From Eledone cirrhosa (taxonomy: Eukaryota): 64,000 nucleotides of DNA. Position 1 is the stretch's first letter; the number at the start of each line of letters is the position of its first letter. The translations under genes and the position numbers were made by a program. Below the pieces are notes generated by a model. It was not told where the DNA came from. It worked only from the letters and a program-made list of their open reading frames with translations, and did not search any database. The stretch lies in contig OZ024740.1 in the NCBI GenBank assembly GCA_964016885.1, forward strand, positions 195,300,001-195,364,000, read 5' to 3'. Positions 41,539 to 52,891 of the stretch are shown piece by piece.

Positions 41539-41962
41539 CAATGATATTAAATAAATGGAAACTATATTTATAAAACCATATTTATTTTATTATATATATT
41601 TCAAGGGCAACCAAGACAACATTGGTACGCTTTCATCAGATAAAATACAAAGTTTGTTTTATAAATAGAGACATACTCATGAAAATCATACCTTATCGGT
41701 TGGAAATTCACCGATAAGGTATGATTTTCATGGGTATGTCTCTATTTATAAAACAAACTTTGTATTTTATCTGATGAAAGCGTATCAATGTTGTCTTGGT
41801 TGCTCTTGAAATATATATAATAAAATAAATGTGGTTTTATAAATATAGCTTCCATTTATTTAATATCATTGAATATTTACTCCAGTAAACTATTGGGTGC
41901 TCTAAATCAGTTATAAACATTTATGTTTGTCGGACTTCCAACAAATTAAATACAACTTCTAC
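41539..41962 (+). mobile_element. Penelope-like 3' fragment with fold-back palindrome (162-bp arms, 41539-41700 / 41710-41871)
   Basis: Arms are reverse complements with a few mismatches and a 9-nt spacer. Each arm has a hammerhead; TA-rich flanks. Confidence 0.75.
41763..41827 (+). ncRNA. Minimal type I hammerhead ribozyme motif (mirror at about 41583-41647, -)
   Basis: tattttat CTGATGA aagc...gctctt GAAA tatata TA ataaaata. Confidence 0.7.
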
Positions 41963-42000
41963 TTATATATATATACATACACAGAGAGAGAGATAGATAT

Positions 42001-44260
42001 GTTTCTTTATTAGCCACAGGGGCACACAAGAAGGGGACAAATACAAAGGGGGAAGTTTACATACAATAAAAACGTGTAAAATATTATCACAAATGCAATT
42101 TAAAAATTAGTCGATTTTCCCCAATAAGGGGAGACATTACATATGAGTAACACATACCCCCGAAAAAAAATGTGCAACCCTCATCTCCAGGAGTACGAAG
42201 AGTTTGTACTCCTTTCCTCAACCTACAGGCTGATATAGAGAGAAGGCCCATTCACTCGGGCCATTCTCGCCACTTTCACCCACCTTTCATAAAACTTGCT
42301 GGGGTACAGCACCTCTCTCTCCATCCCGATTCTTCTTCCAAAGTGGTATTTGAAAAAAAGAATCAGTTGTTGGCCGGAGAGAAAGGTGTCTGACCTCAGC
42401 CCTTTCAACCTTGTCCACCATACAACCTCTTTCGCCATAGCTATCACACAAAGGAAAACCGTCTCTCCTTCGTTTTTGAAGGAGGGTGGCCGTTTGATCA
42501 TGCAATGGACTCGGTGGTCAACCGGATTGGCCCCACCCACGACAATAGTCGTTCTACATAGCCCCATAGGTCGGTGACAGCTGGGCAGTGTATGAATGCG
42601 TGCGCGACGGTTTCTTCGTCTCACATGCACCTCGGACAGATCTTTTTTGCAGGGTCCCTGCCCGGGCGCCCATGTCTGTAGAGCTTGTCTCGAACTGGTA
42701 GAGCTCCTCGGTAGCACTGCCAGGCCAGGGACTTTTGGAAGTTGTCCATCGGTCCCGGGCGGAAGGTCCTACCGAACAGACTGGCCAGTTCATCTTCCTC
42801 TACGCCTAGAGTTTCACCGAGCGCGTCGTCGCACTTGCTGCGGATCAACCCTCTATAGAATGACGAAGTGGAGTCTCCACTGATCGCCGGGTCCGCCTGC
42901 CAGAGGGCTGTGAGCGCCTGAGCACATTCCATGTGCCAGTCGCCCATTTTCCTCGGTCTTTGCTTGACCCAAGACTGCAGCTCGGTCAGCGAGACGAGTC
43001 ATGGGAAGGCTCGCCTCACGAACGGGGCCCACACCGGTTGTCCGGTGAGGAATACGTAGAGATGCCGCAGCCTAAGCGCGTGTTTGCGCATCGTCAACCA
43101 TGGCATCCCCAGCCCTCCGTTTGAAGGGTGTTGGCAGCAGATGGATCTTCTCACCAAAGGAGCCCGCCTCTTCCAAAGGAATTGGAAGAGTGCGCGCTCC
43201 ATTTTGGCGAGCGTTTTGGCTAGACAAGGCACGACGATCAAGCGGTAGTAGATGGCGGACGCTATAAAAGTGTTCGCCACCTCCGCTCGACCTTTCAAGG
43301 ATAGTTTGCACTTGGCCCACTTCTGAGTGAGTGCAAACACCTTGGCCGTCACTTCGTTCCAGTTCTTCTCCACCTGGAGGTCCAGACCAAACCAGACCCC
43401 GAGCAGCTTTACCGGTCCTTCCGTCCAGCATCCGACGACGCCATCGGAAGGCATCGATTTGCCTCTCCACGATCCTAGTTGCAAATCGATGGACTTGTCC
43501 CGGTTCAGCATCACTCCTGTGAAACTTTCCTATTTCTTCAGTAAGGTGCCGACTTCCTCGATTTGCGAGGCGCTCGACACCATTACTGTCACGTCGTCGG
43601 CGTAGGCCGACACCGCTTTCCGCAGTCCCAGTTCCAGAGGGATGCCCTGCAATAGCTCCAACTTCCGCAGTAGTGGCTCGAGAGTCAGTATGTACAGAAG
43701 GGAGGAGAGAGGGCATCCCTGTCGAATGGATCGCATAATATGGAACGGCTTCGAGAGGTAGCCGTTCACCTTGACCCTTGAGCAGATGTTGCTGTTGTGC
43801 ATTGCAGCAATCCAGCCCCTGAACACGGATCCGAAGCCTGCCGCCTCGAGCACCACATCCAGGTAACGATGGTCAATGATCCAAGTTGATCAGGGCCCCA
43901 CCGAAGCCGGGTTTACACCCTACCCTCTCTATGATGTATCGCATGAGGTGGAGGTTGTCGTGTATGGACCTGGTCGGGATTGCGCATGTCTACGCTTCTC
44001 CCACCAGGTTCTCGACGACAAGCGCCAGCCTCTTTGCCAACACCTTGGCCAAAATCTGTAGCTCTGTGTTTAGCAGAGTTATGGGCCGGAAGTTGCCTAT
44101 GTCATCCCCCTTATTCTCGTCCTTCCTGATTAGTGTGACCACGCCCCCGGTTACAGAACTGGGAATTCTCCCTTCTGCTGCCAGTTGCAGTAGACCGCTT
44201 CCAGGAGACTGGAGAATAAGTCCGGCATTGCTACGTAAAATTCGTAGGGTAGACCATCGA
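42001..44260 (-). mobile_element. 5'-truncated, decayed Tx1-like (L1 clade) LINE, ORF2 RT region
   Basis: DGLPYEFY, RQGCPLSSLLYILTLEPLL, SAYADDV, KLSLKGRAEVANTFIAS and GGLGMP motifs across frameshifted ORFs. AATAAA at the 3' end; GATA/GA repeats on both sides. Confidence 0.9.
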
Positions 44261-44279
44261 AATAGATAGATAGATAGAT

Positions 44280-44316
<37 letters not shown>

Positions 44317-44660
44317 TTAAAGCAAATAAATTCCACATTTCCTTTCTCACCAAAGATTATATTTTTCTTGGTGCAATACTTGTATATATATTATATACTA
44401 GCAGCAGTACCCAGCATTGCCTGGGTAAGTAATATAATATCTGCTTTGATGAAAAGGAGTTGATCTTAGCGACTGCTTCTCCATGACTCATCTATGGCCA
44501 CACACAGGCCATGTGGGGGGAGGGTGGTGATGATCTCTATCACTGAGAAACGCGGGTGACTGACGAAGGAGCATGCTGGGGGAGGGAGGTAATGACCTCT
44601 AACACTAAGCCAAATTTCCTCATGCTACTTGATTGGAAACCGATGAATTCTCAAATACAC

Positions 44661-47589
44661 AACGGACACGTAGGTAAATAACGGACACGTAGGTAAACAC
44701 TGCGACGGCTTCAATAGAGTACATGGAGGCCATGGAGTTGGCACAAGGAATGAGGAAGGATTCAGACTTCTAGAATTCTGCGACGCCAATGACATGTCGA
44801 TATGTAACACAAACTTTAAAAAACCCGACAACCACCTGATCACCTATAGATCAGGGGAGCACTCTAGTCAGTTAGATTTTATCCTCATCAGAGGACGTGA
44901 CAGATGGACGGTCGTAAACACAAAAGCCTTCCCTAGTGAGGAATGTACATCCCAACATAGCTTAGTTGTCAGCGACCTCACGGTCAGAACTAGACGAGCC
45001 CTGAAACAGAGGCCAACCTGGAGAAGAAAGATCTGGAAGCTGAAAGTCCCCTCAACCAGTAACAGATTTAAAGATATTTTACTCAACGCCTACGACAGTA
45101 AAGAAGAACAGATAGAGACATTTAACGTAGAAGAGAACTGGGAGTTCCTAAAAAATAACTTACTAGAGGCGACGTATGAGGTTTGTGGCTGGAGTAAGAC
45201 CTCAAGCAGGAGGAGAGTGACTTGGTGGTGGAACAATAAGGTAGATGAAGCAGTCAAGGCCAAGAGACAGGCATGGAAAGAATGGAAGAACGGGGGGAGC
45301 AGGGTACATTACATAGAGACCAAGAGGGAAGCTAGGCGACAAGTATACTTAGCTAGGAGGGAAGCAGAGGATAGAAAATTCAAGCATGTTTTACAACGTG
45401 AGGACCAGAAACAGGAGGTATTCAAGATTGCGAGGCAGTGTGTCAGAGATAGTTGTGATGTCATTGGAGAGAAGTGTATCCGGAATGATAAAGGTGAGCT
45501 TGCCCTCACAAGTGCTGAGAAGAAAGATGCATGGAAGAGTCATTATGATAGATTACTAAATGAGGAGAATGCATGGGAAGAAGAGACCCTACCCCACGTA
45601 GACCCTATAGAGGGACCAGCAGTACAAGTCAGTGGCAGCGTAGTAAGTAAGGCAATCAGAGATATGAAGATAGGGAAGGCAACCGGTCCATCGGGTATAG
45701 CTGCCGAGATGCTGAAGGCATCTGGGTCTGTAGGTCACACTATAACCACACGTATCGTTAACCAGGTAATACTAGAGGGGGCCATACCAAAAGATTGGTG
45801 CAGTAGCATCATTGTCAACTGCTACAAAGGTAAAGGCGATGCACTAGATAGAGGAAACTATAGAGGTATAAAGTTGATGGACCAGGTCATGAAAGTAACA
45901 GAAAGAGTTATAGCACAGCTGATTAGGGACCGGGTGAATATAGACGAGATGCAATTTGGGTTTGTACCAGGGAAAGGCACCACTGATGCCCTCTTCCTTG
46001 TGAGGCAATTACAGGAAAAGTACCTAGCTAAAAGTAAGCCACTCTACTTGGCATTTGTCGACCTTGAGAAAGCCTTTGACAGAGTTCCACGTGCAGTAAT
46101 CTGGTGGGCTCTTAGAAAACTAGGAGTAGATGAATGGCTTGTGAAAGCGGTACAAGCCATGTATAGGGGAGCAGTCAGCAAAGTTAGGATTGGCAATGAG
46201 TATAGCGAGGAATTTAGCGTACAGGTTGGGGTCCACCAGGGCTCTGTTCTTAGCCCTCTCCTGTTCATCATAGTCCTGCAGGCAATAACGGAGGAGTTTA
46301 AGACCGGATGCCCATGGGAACTCCTGTATGCTGATGACCTCGCACTCATAGCTGAATCTATGGTAGAACTAGAGAATAAATTCCAAACCTGGAAGCAGGG
46401 ACTAGAGAGAAAGGGCCTCAAAGTCAACATGACAAAGACTAAGGTCCTTGTAAGTAGACGAGAAAACAGAACCCAGATCCCCTCAGGGAAATGGCCTTGC
46501 TCAGTATGTAGGAAAGGTGTAGGTAGGAACTCCATTCTCTGCCCCAAATGCAAACAATGGGTACACAAGAGATGTAGCGGGATCTCAGGAAGCTTAATTA
46601 AGAATGTAGGATTCACATGCAGCAGCTGTGCTGAAACAGCAAGCAAACAGCCACAGGAAACAAGTACCACCAATCTCTGGGAGGGCCCTGTAGAAACAGT
46701 AGACAGCTTCTGCTACCTAGGTGACCGAATTAGCAACGGAGGTGGGTGCTCAGAAAGTACAATAACTAGGGTAAGAACGGGATGGAAGAAGTTTAGGGAA
46801 CTACTACCACTGCTAGCTGCAAAAGGCTTCTCCCTCAGAATGAAAGGCAGACTGTATGATGCGTGTATCCGAACAGCGATGTTGCATGGTAGTGAGACCT
46901 GGGCGCTGAAGGTGGAAGACTTACGTAGATTAGAGAGAAACGAAGCCTGCATGCTCCGATGGATGTGTAACAGTAATATACGTGAACGACAAAGCATAAA
47001 GGAATTGAGAGAGAGACTGAGCATAAGAGGAATCAAATGCTGCGTGCAGGAGAGGCGGTTACGCTGGTATGGACATGTGATGCGTATGAAGGATGACAGC
47101 TGCATAAAAAGGTGCAGAGCACTAGAAGTTGATGGAAACCGCGGAGTGGGGAGACCCAAGATGACTTGGGATGAGGTGATAAAAGCCGACCTTACCCAAC
47201 TACACCTCTCAAAGTCAATGACACACGACCGTGACTTCTGGCGTCACGCAGTAATACAGGGTACCCGACCTCCCATGGGTACATGCTGAAGCATATAAAC
47301 AATATGCCCCCCCCCCCACCGCAAGGTGGCCGTGGAGGTGCCACGGCAAAAAAGCACCCAGCCCACACTGTAAAGTGGACGTGTAGGCGCCACGAAAAAG
47401 CACCCAGCACTCACTGTAAATGAGGTTGGTGTTAGGAAGGGCATCCAGCTGTAGAAATCAAGCCAAATCAGTTCCTGTATGAGCAAGGCATGGTCAGCCG
47501 ACCAGACACTGCCCACAACAGGACAACCCGTCTAACCCATGCTAGCGTGGAAGAACGGACGTAAAACGGTGATGATGATGATGATGATG
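44661..47589 (+). mobile_element. RTE-clade LINE, 5'-truncated, young
   Basis: Uninterrupted APE(partial)-RT ORF, 3' UTR and (GAT)n tail; possible short TSD or microhomology acaac. Confidence 0.95.
44794..47289 (+). CDS. RTE LINE polyprotein (APE C-terminal half, reverse transcriptase, PHD-like finger); frame open upstream to about 44680
   Basis: SQLDFIL, SQHSLV, NYRGIKL, QFGF, FVDLEKAFDRV, GVHQGSVLSP, LLYADDL and RLRWYGHV motifs. Confidence 0.95.
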   Translation: MSICNTNFKKPDNHLITYRSGEHSSQLDFILIRGRDRWTVVNTKAFPSEECTSQHSLVVSDLTVRTRRALKQRPTWRRKIWKLKVPSTSNRFKDILLNAYDSKEEQIETFNVEENWEFLKNNLLEATYEVCGWSKTSSRRRVTWWWNNKVDEAVKAKRQAWKEWKNGGSRVHYIETKREARRQVYLARREAEDRKFKHVLQREDQKQEVFKIARQCVRDSCDVIGEKCIRNDKGELALTSAEKKDAWKSHYDRLLNEENAWEEETLPHVDPIEGPAVQVSGSVVSKAIRDMKIGKATGPSGIAAEMLKASGSVGHTITTRIVNQVILEGAIPKDWCSSIIVNCYKGKGDALDRGNYRGIKLMDQVMKVTERVIAQLIRDRVNIDEMQFGFVPGKGTTDALFLVRQLQEKYLAKSKPLYLAFVDLEKAFDRVPRAVIWWALRKLGVDEWLVKAVQAMYRGAVSKVRIGNEYSEEFSVQVGVHQGSVLSPLLFIIVLQAITEEFKTGCPWELLYADDLALIAESMVELENKFQTWKQGLERKGLKVNMTKTKVLVSRRENRTQIPSGKWPCSVCRKGVGRNSILCPKCKQWVHKRCSGISGSLIKNVGFTCSSCAETASKQPQETSTTNLWEGPVETVDSFCYLGDRISNGGGCSESTITRVRTGWKKFRELLPLLAAKGFSLRMKGRLYDACIRTAMLHGSETWALKVEDLRRLERNEACMLRWMCNSNIRERQSIKELRERLSIRGIKCCVQERRLRWYGHVMRMKDDSCIKRCRALEVDGNRGVGRPKMTWDEVIKADLTQLHLSKSMTHDRDFWRHAVIQGTRPPMGTC

Positions 47590-48559
47590 ACAACTAAAAG
47601 CTCAGTGGCCATCGTTTTGCCTTTGACCATCTATAAGATGTGCAATGACAGGTTCTATCGTAGTATAAAAGTTGAACCAAATAAATTGATTTATGTGTGA
47701 GGTGGAGCCGAAGTTTCGAATTTGAACGAAATTGGTTGAAAAATGTGGGAGCTAATGATAGGTCGCATCCCTGAACAAAAAATGCAAAGTGTAAAGTTAC
47801 TATAAGATGTGCAATGATAGGTTCTATCTTAGTATAAAAGTTGAACCAAATAAATTGATTTATGTGTGAGGTGGAGCCGAAGTTTCGAATTTGAATGAAA
47901 TCGGTTGAAAAATGTGGGAGCTAGAGCCAAAAAGGCGGAAATTTGAGCGAGAAGGTGGTATTTTTTAATATTTAAGCGGCTGCCACGCCGTTCCTGAACA
48001 AAAGATCCAAAATGTAAAGCCACTTTAAGACGTGAAATAATCAGATCTAGCGTAGTGTAAAATTTGAACAAAGTAGGTTGATTAATGTGGAAATTTGAGT
48101 TTAAAAGTGGTATTTTTGAATATTTAAGCAGCTTCCACGCCGTCCGTGAACAACAAATGCAAAATATAAAGCCATTACAGGATGTGCAATGATAAATTCT
48201 ATTTTGCTTTAAAATTTGAACGAAATCGGTGGCAAAATGTGGGAGCTAGAGCCAAAATCTTATTTTTCGATACCTAAAAAAAGGTGACACCCCTATCGAT
48301 TTTTATCTGCAGAATGACCCCGGAATGAATAAAACAATACGCTGATATATAGAAAACACTCCCCGATGACTAATCTATGAGCCTGTAAAGTTTCATGAAA
48401 ATCGGTCGTAAGATGTAGGACCTATAGGTAATACACAGGCACACAGACACACACACATACTTAATTTTATTATCATCATCATCGTTTAACGTCCATCTTC
48501 CCCGCTAGCATGATACATATATATATATGAAGATGATGATATATATATATGCCACCACT

Positions 48560-49140
48560 GTATGCATTATTAGAAAGAAGCAATATCCCTGTGGCCTTCC
48601 AAGAGACAATTATCTCTCTCCCTCCTCAATGACCTCCAGTATGGATTTCATGAAGCCAGATCGACTGGAGACATAGTTTTCTATGTCAATCACCAGCAGG
48701 TTCAAGCTCTTGACAAATTTAGTGAAAACAATGTTGTCGCACTCAACATCAGCAATGCTTTGAATTATATCTAGTAGGAGAATCTTCTGGAAACACTGCC
48801 TACATATACTATTCATCTGTCTTTCATCTCTTGAATCAGTGTCTTTTTATGAGACCACACTAGTGTGAGATATACAGAAAAAGCTCTCTCTCTCTCTGAC
48901 CTATGCTCTATCAACTCTGGTATATCCAAGTCTTTAGTGTTGTCCCTCACCATCTTCAGATGCACCAACAATACCTGTTCTGACACCGATTATACTATCC
49001 TTCACTTCTCCCTAACTTTCTAGCATCCCAGCTTTCTAGTATCTACACACAACACTTGTTTCACTAAATCTGCATTGACTCCATATGTAGAGACTCCGGA
49101 AAACAGTCTCCATTAGAATCATGCCTTTCTTGTCTCCTTC
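48560..49140 (+). pseudogene. Highly decayed CR1/L2/Jockey-group RT fragment
   Basis: Residual QYGF.EARSTGD, VALNISNAL and INSGISKSLVLS segments corresponding to QYGFR..RSTGD, VALDISKAFD and GVPQGSVLSP. Confidence 0.6.
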
Positions 49141-49477
49141 AGATAGATAGATAAGCAAGATATAATGTATCCATTAAGCAGAGAGTGTTAGAAAAATAAT
49201 TTGAATCTTATAAAAAAAAATATAAACCATGAATATGATGAAAATCCTACTTCTAAAAATATTTTTTAAATTTCCCAATATTTTTTGTTTTCCAAAAATG
49301 TTTCTAAAGATGACATATAACAAAGAATAAAGCTGGTTTCAATGTGAGAATAGAAAGCATATTGAAAATATTAATGTCAGTGTATACATCATGTAATAAT
49401 TTATATGAAGAAAACAGCTATTAAATAAAAACAAAAAAACAAAAAGAAAATTATAAAACAATCTATAACACACACAC

Positions 49478-49564
<87 letters not shown>

Positions 49565-49919
49565 TGTGTGTGTCTGTGTGTGTGTGTGTGTCTGTGTGTG
49601 TGTGTGTCTGTCTCTACTACTGCACTTTCACTCTATCACAGATGTACACACATACATATATACATACACATGGACACATACATGCATACACACACATATA
49701 TATTCACTTTATACACACACACAAATACATTATATATATATATATATATACATACGCATGCACACATACACATACATGCATACACACATATATTCACTTT
49801 ATACACACACAAATACATTATATATATATATATACATACACATGCACACATACACATACATGCATACACACATATATATTCACTTTATACACACACACAA
49901 ATACATTATATATATATAC

Positions 49920-49973
<54 letters not shown>

Positions 49974-50959
49974 CACACATATATATGTGTGTAAGTAGTG
50001 TGTCCATACACACACACATACACACACACACACATTATGCACATGATCAGAGAAAACTGCTGTTAAAGACATAATCAGTAGGTGTAAAGAAAATGAATGA
50101 TGTACACCTTCAAGTGTTATTGTTTCCTGTTGTAGGTCAAAATCAAAAACCTGTAACAACTCCTAAGAACAAAAGAATACAGAATTGGCAGCTCTGGGAG
50201 CTTTGGTGACAGCAGAGGTGGCACCAAGAGAAGTGGGTGGAAAATGCTAGTGCAGTAGGCCCAGTGGAGATAGTACTGTGTTGTTTTGAAATAAGAGATG
50301 GCTTGATCTATTATCCTTAGCTTGCCAACCAGTGTGTAAAGTGAAAAAGAAAAATACAGAGTAATTGACTTACACATAAATTTACTATGTGGAAAACTGT
50401 TGCTATGGTTCAGTAAATATCTAATAATATAATGGTCCCAAGGAGTGTAAAAAGGTTGGGCTAGAGTGTCAGATGAAGGGAGGTGATGTAGTGGGTTGTG
50501 GATGGGAGAATTGGAGGGGGGGGTAGCTGATTAGGAGGCATGTGGTGTGTGTGTCTTGTGATGGTTATGGTGGAGGAGATGGTGCAGGTGGTAGTGGTGG
50601 GTTACATTCTAGATGGAGATTGAAGAAAATTTATTACCTTCAAGGCTTGTAACTCTGAAAGGAGGGCTTGAAACTGTGAGGTGTGAGGGGGGGGGGGGGA
50701 TAGAGTAAGAATGAGAGAGAGGGAGGAGTATGTTCAAGAAAAACTTGGGAGAATGAATGAATTAATGTGGGTGGTTGTTGGGCAGAGATGAAGAAAACTT
50801 GGTGTAAGTTCAGATGGGAGAAAGAATACAAACGGATTCACTACAACCAGGTGAGGAAGTAAAATGTTACAGAAAGTGAGAGAAATAGAGGGAGAGAGGG
50901 TGAGAAAGTAGGAAGAGGAAAGGGGAAAGGATGTGCAAAATAGGTAGATAGATAGATAT

Positions 50960-51480
50960 GTTTATCCATTTGCCACAAGGTCACACAAGAAATGGGACAT
51001 TACATGACATGATGGTGGGGGTTTTACATAAAAATTGTGTAAACATTAATAAATTAAAATAAACTATATATATTAAAATAAAATAACAATCGAAATCCCC
51101 AATAGATATATTTCTTTATTAGCCACAAGGACGCACAAAAAAAGGGGACAAAACAAAGACATGCCGGGGATTTTACATACAATCTTGTAAAAAAATATAA
51201 AACAAACAATTACAACAATTGAAATCCCCAATAGACGATAGATAGACAGATAGACAGACAGGCAAGCAGAGAGATAGACAGATATATAGACAGACAAACA
51301 GTTAGATAGATATCTTTCTTTATTTGCCACAAGGGCGTACAAAAATGGGACATTACAAAACATGACGGCGAGGGGTTTTACATGAAATCTTTAACAGATA
51401 GATATATTTCTTTATTAGCCACAAGGACGCACAAGAAAATAGATAGACAGATATGTTTCTTTATTAGCCACAGGGGAAAA
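50960..51480 (-). mobile_element. Five stacked 3'-end fragments of the Tx1-like LINE within GATA repeats
   Basis: tttctttattagccacaagg-like motif at about 50960, 51111, 51315, 51407 and 51455, each preceded by agata(g/t). Same as the terminus at 42001. Confidence 0.8.
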
Positions 51481-51489
51481 TAGATAGAC

Positions 51490-51563
<74 letters not shown>

Positions 51564-52844
51564 ATAAATAACCTGGGTAGATAGGCAGACAGGCAGGAAG
51601 GCAGGCAGGGAGATATGTAGATATATAAATGGACAGACAGACATATGGGAGGATAGAAAGAATAAATGGATGTGTGAGGAGTGGAATAGAAAGGAACTTG
51701 ATGGAAGCTCAGAAGAGAACAGGAAAAAGAAGAAATACAAGTGGAAGAGAATTCTTTTATTTTTTTCACTGAGCCATAAAAGATGTAAGCTGGGCAAGCT
51801 ATAAAGTACAACAATGGCTAAATTAAACTTCTAAAAACAGGATGTGTTCAGTTGGAAAAGGGTAATAATATAAGTGACACATTTAGGAAGAATTTGTTGC
51901 TGGAAGAGCAGCTAAAATAGATAAAGGCAAATGATTTAAGAACATACCAGAGTTCATAGGCAATGTGACTCCAAGAAATATATGCCATCGCCACCATCAT
52001 CACCACCATCATCATCACCATATCATTATCATGATCACAATGGCAAAGGTGGTGGTGGTGGTGGTTGATGTATTGGTTGTGGTTATGATAACCGTAGCCA
52101 TGACGATGATGATGCTAATGATGATGGTGATTGATGATGATAATTATAGTGATGGCCAAGTGATGATAATAATGATGGCAATGATGGCAGTGATGGTGGA
52201 GATGACCCATTAAGAGAACATGCAGGCCAAATAACCAAAGGATCAAAATTTGGGTTCAGTTAGATCTCATTCAGCTTTAATACAGTTAAAAACAAACAAA
52301 ACTTCTCTCTCAATAGACTACTGACATATAAAATTCAAAATATTTTAGTCAGAGCAAGATACATGGTGCTGCTTGGGAAATAAAGCACTCAGCTGGTAAC
52401 AAATTTGTTAAAAGAGAATCATGATACTGTTGCATAAATTTGTTCTTCCAACACTATTTCTATGTTTTTTGTATCAGAGATATATGGTTCAATTCATTTC
52501 TTCAAATGTTGCATTCCTATAACCCACAATAGTAAGATATAATGCAAAGGGATTCCTGCTGTGACAATCCTGTCAGTGTATCTTCAACATATATACAATA
52601 CATATAAAAAATATATTGATATACAATATATATTTATATGAAATATATATCAAGAGAAATTATTATATTCTTTTACTGTGGTCATGCTGGGCTACTGCTT
52701 CGAAAGAAATTTAGTTGACCGTGTCAAAGCCAATGCTTAATTTTTTTAAATCTGATACTTATTTAATCAATCATTTTTTTTTCAAAACTATTAAGTTATA
52801 AGGCATATTCAAACAGTAAATGTAAGCACAAATATACATCGATA

Positions 52845-52891
<47 letters not shown>

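Larger units (their letters stand above)
44398..48473 (-). mobile_element. Non-autonomous Helitron-like element interrupted by an RTE LINE
   Basis: Minus-strand 3' end: hairpin acccag-N6-ctgggt, 7-nt spacer, CTAG then T. Internal tandem subrepeats at 47630-48250; acac microsatellite and ttttattat at the other end. Confidence 0.65.

Noticed and set aside
46044-47159. Antisense ORFs (209 and 148 aa), and similar ones at 58740-60431 and 42172-44269
   Set aside because: Shadow frames of LINE coding sequence.
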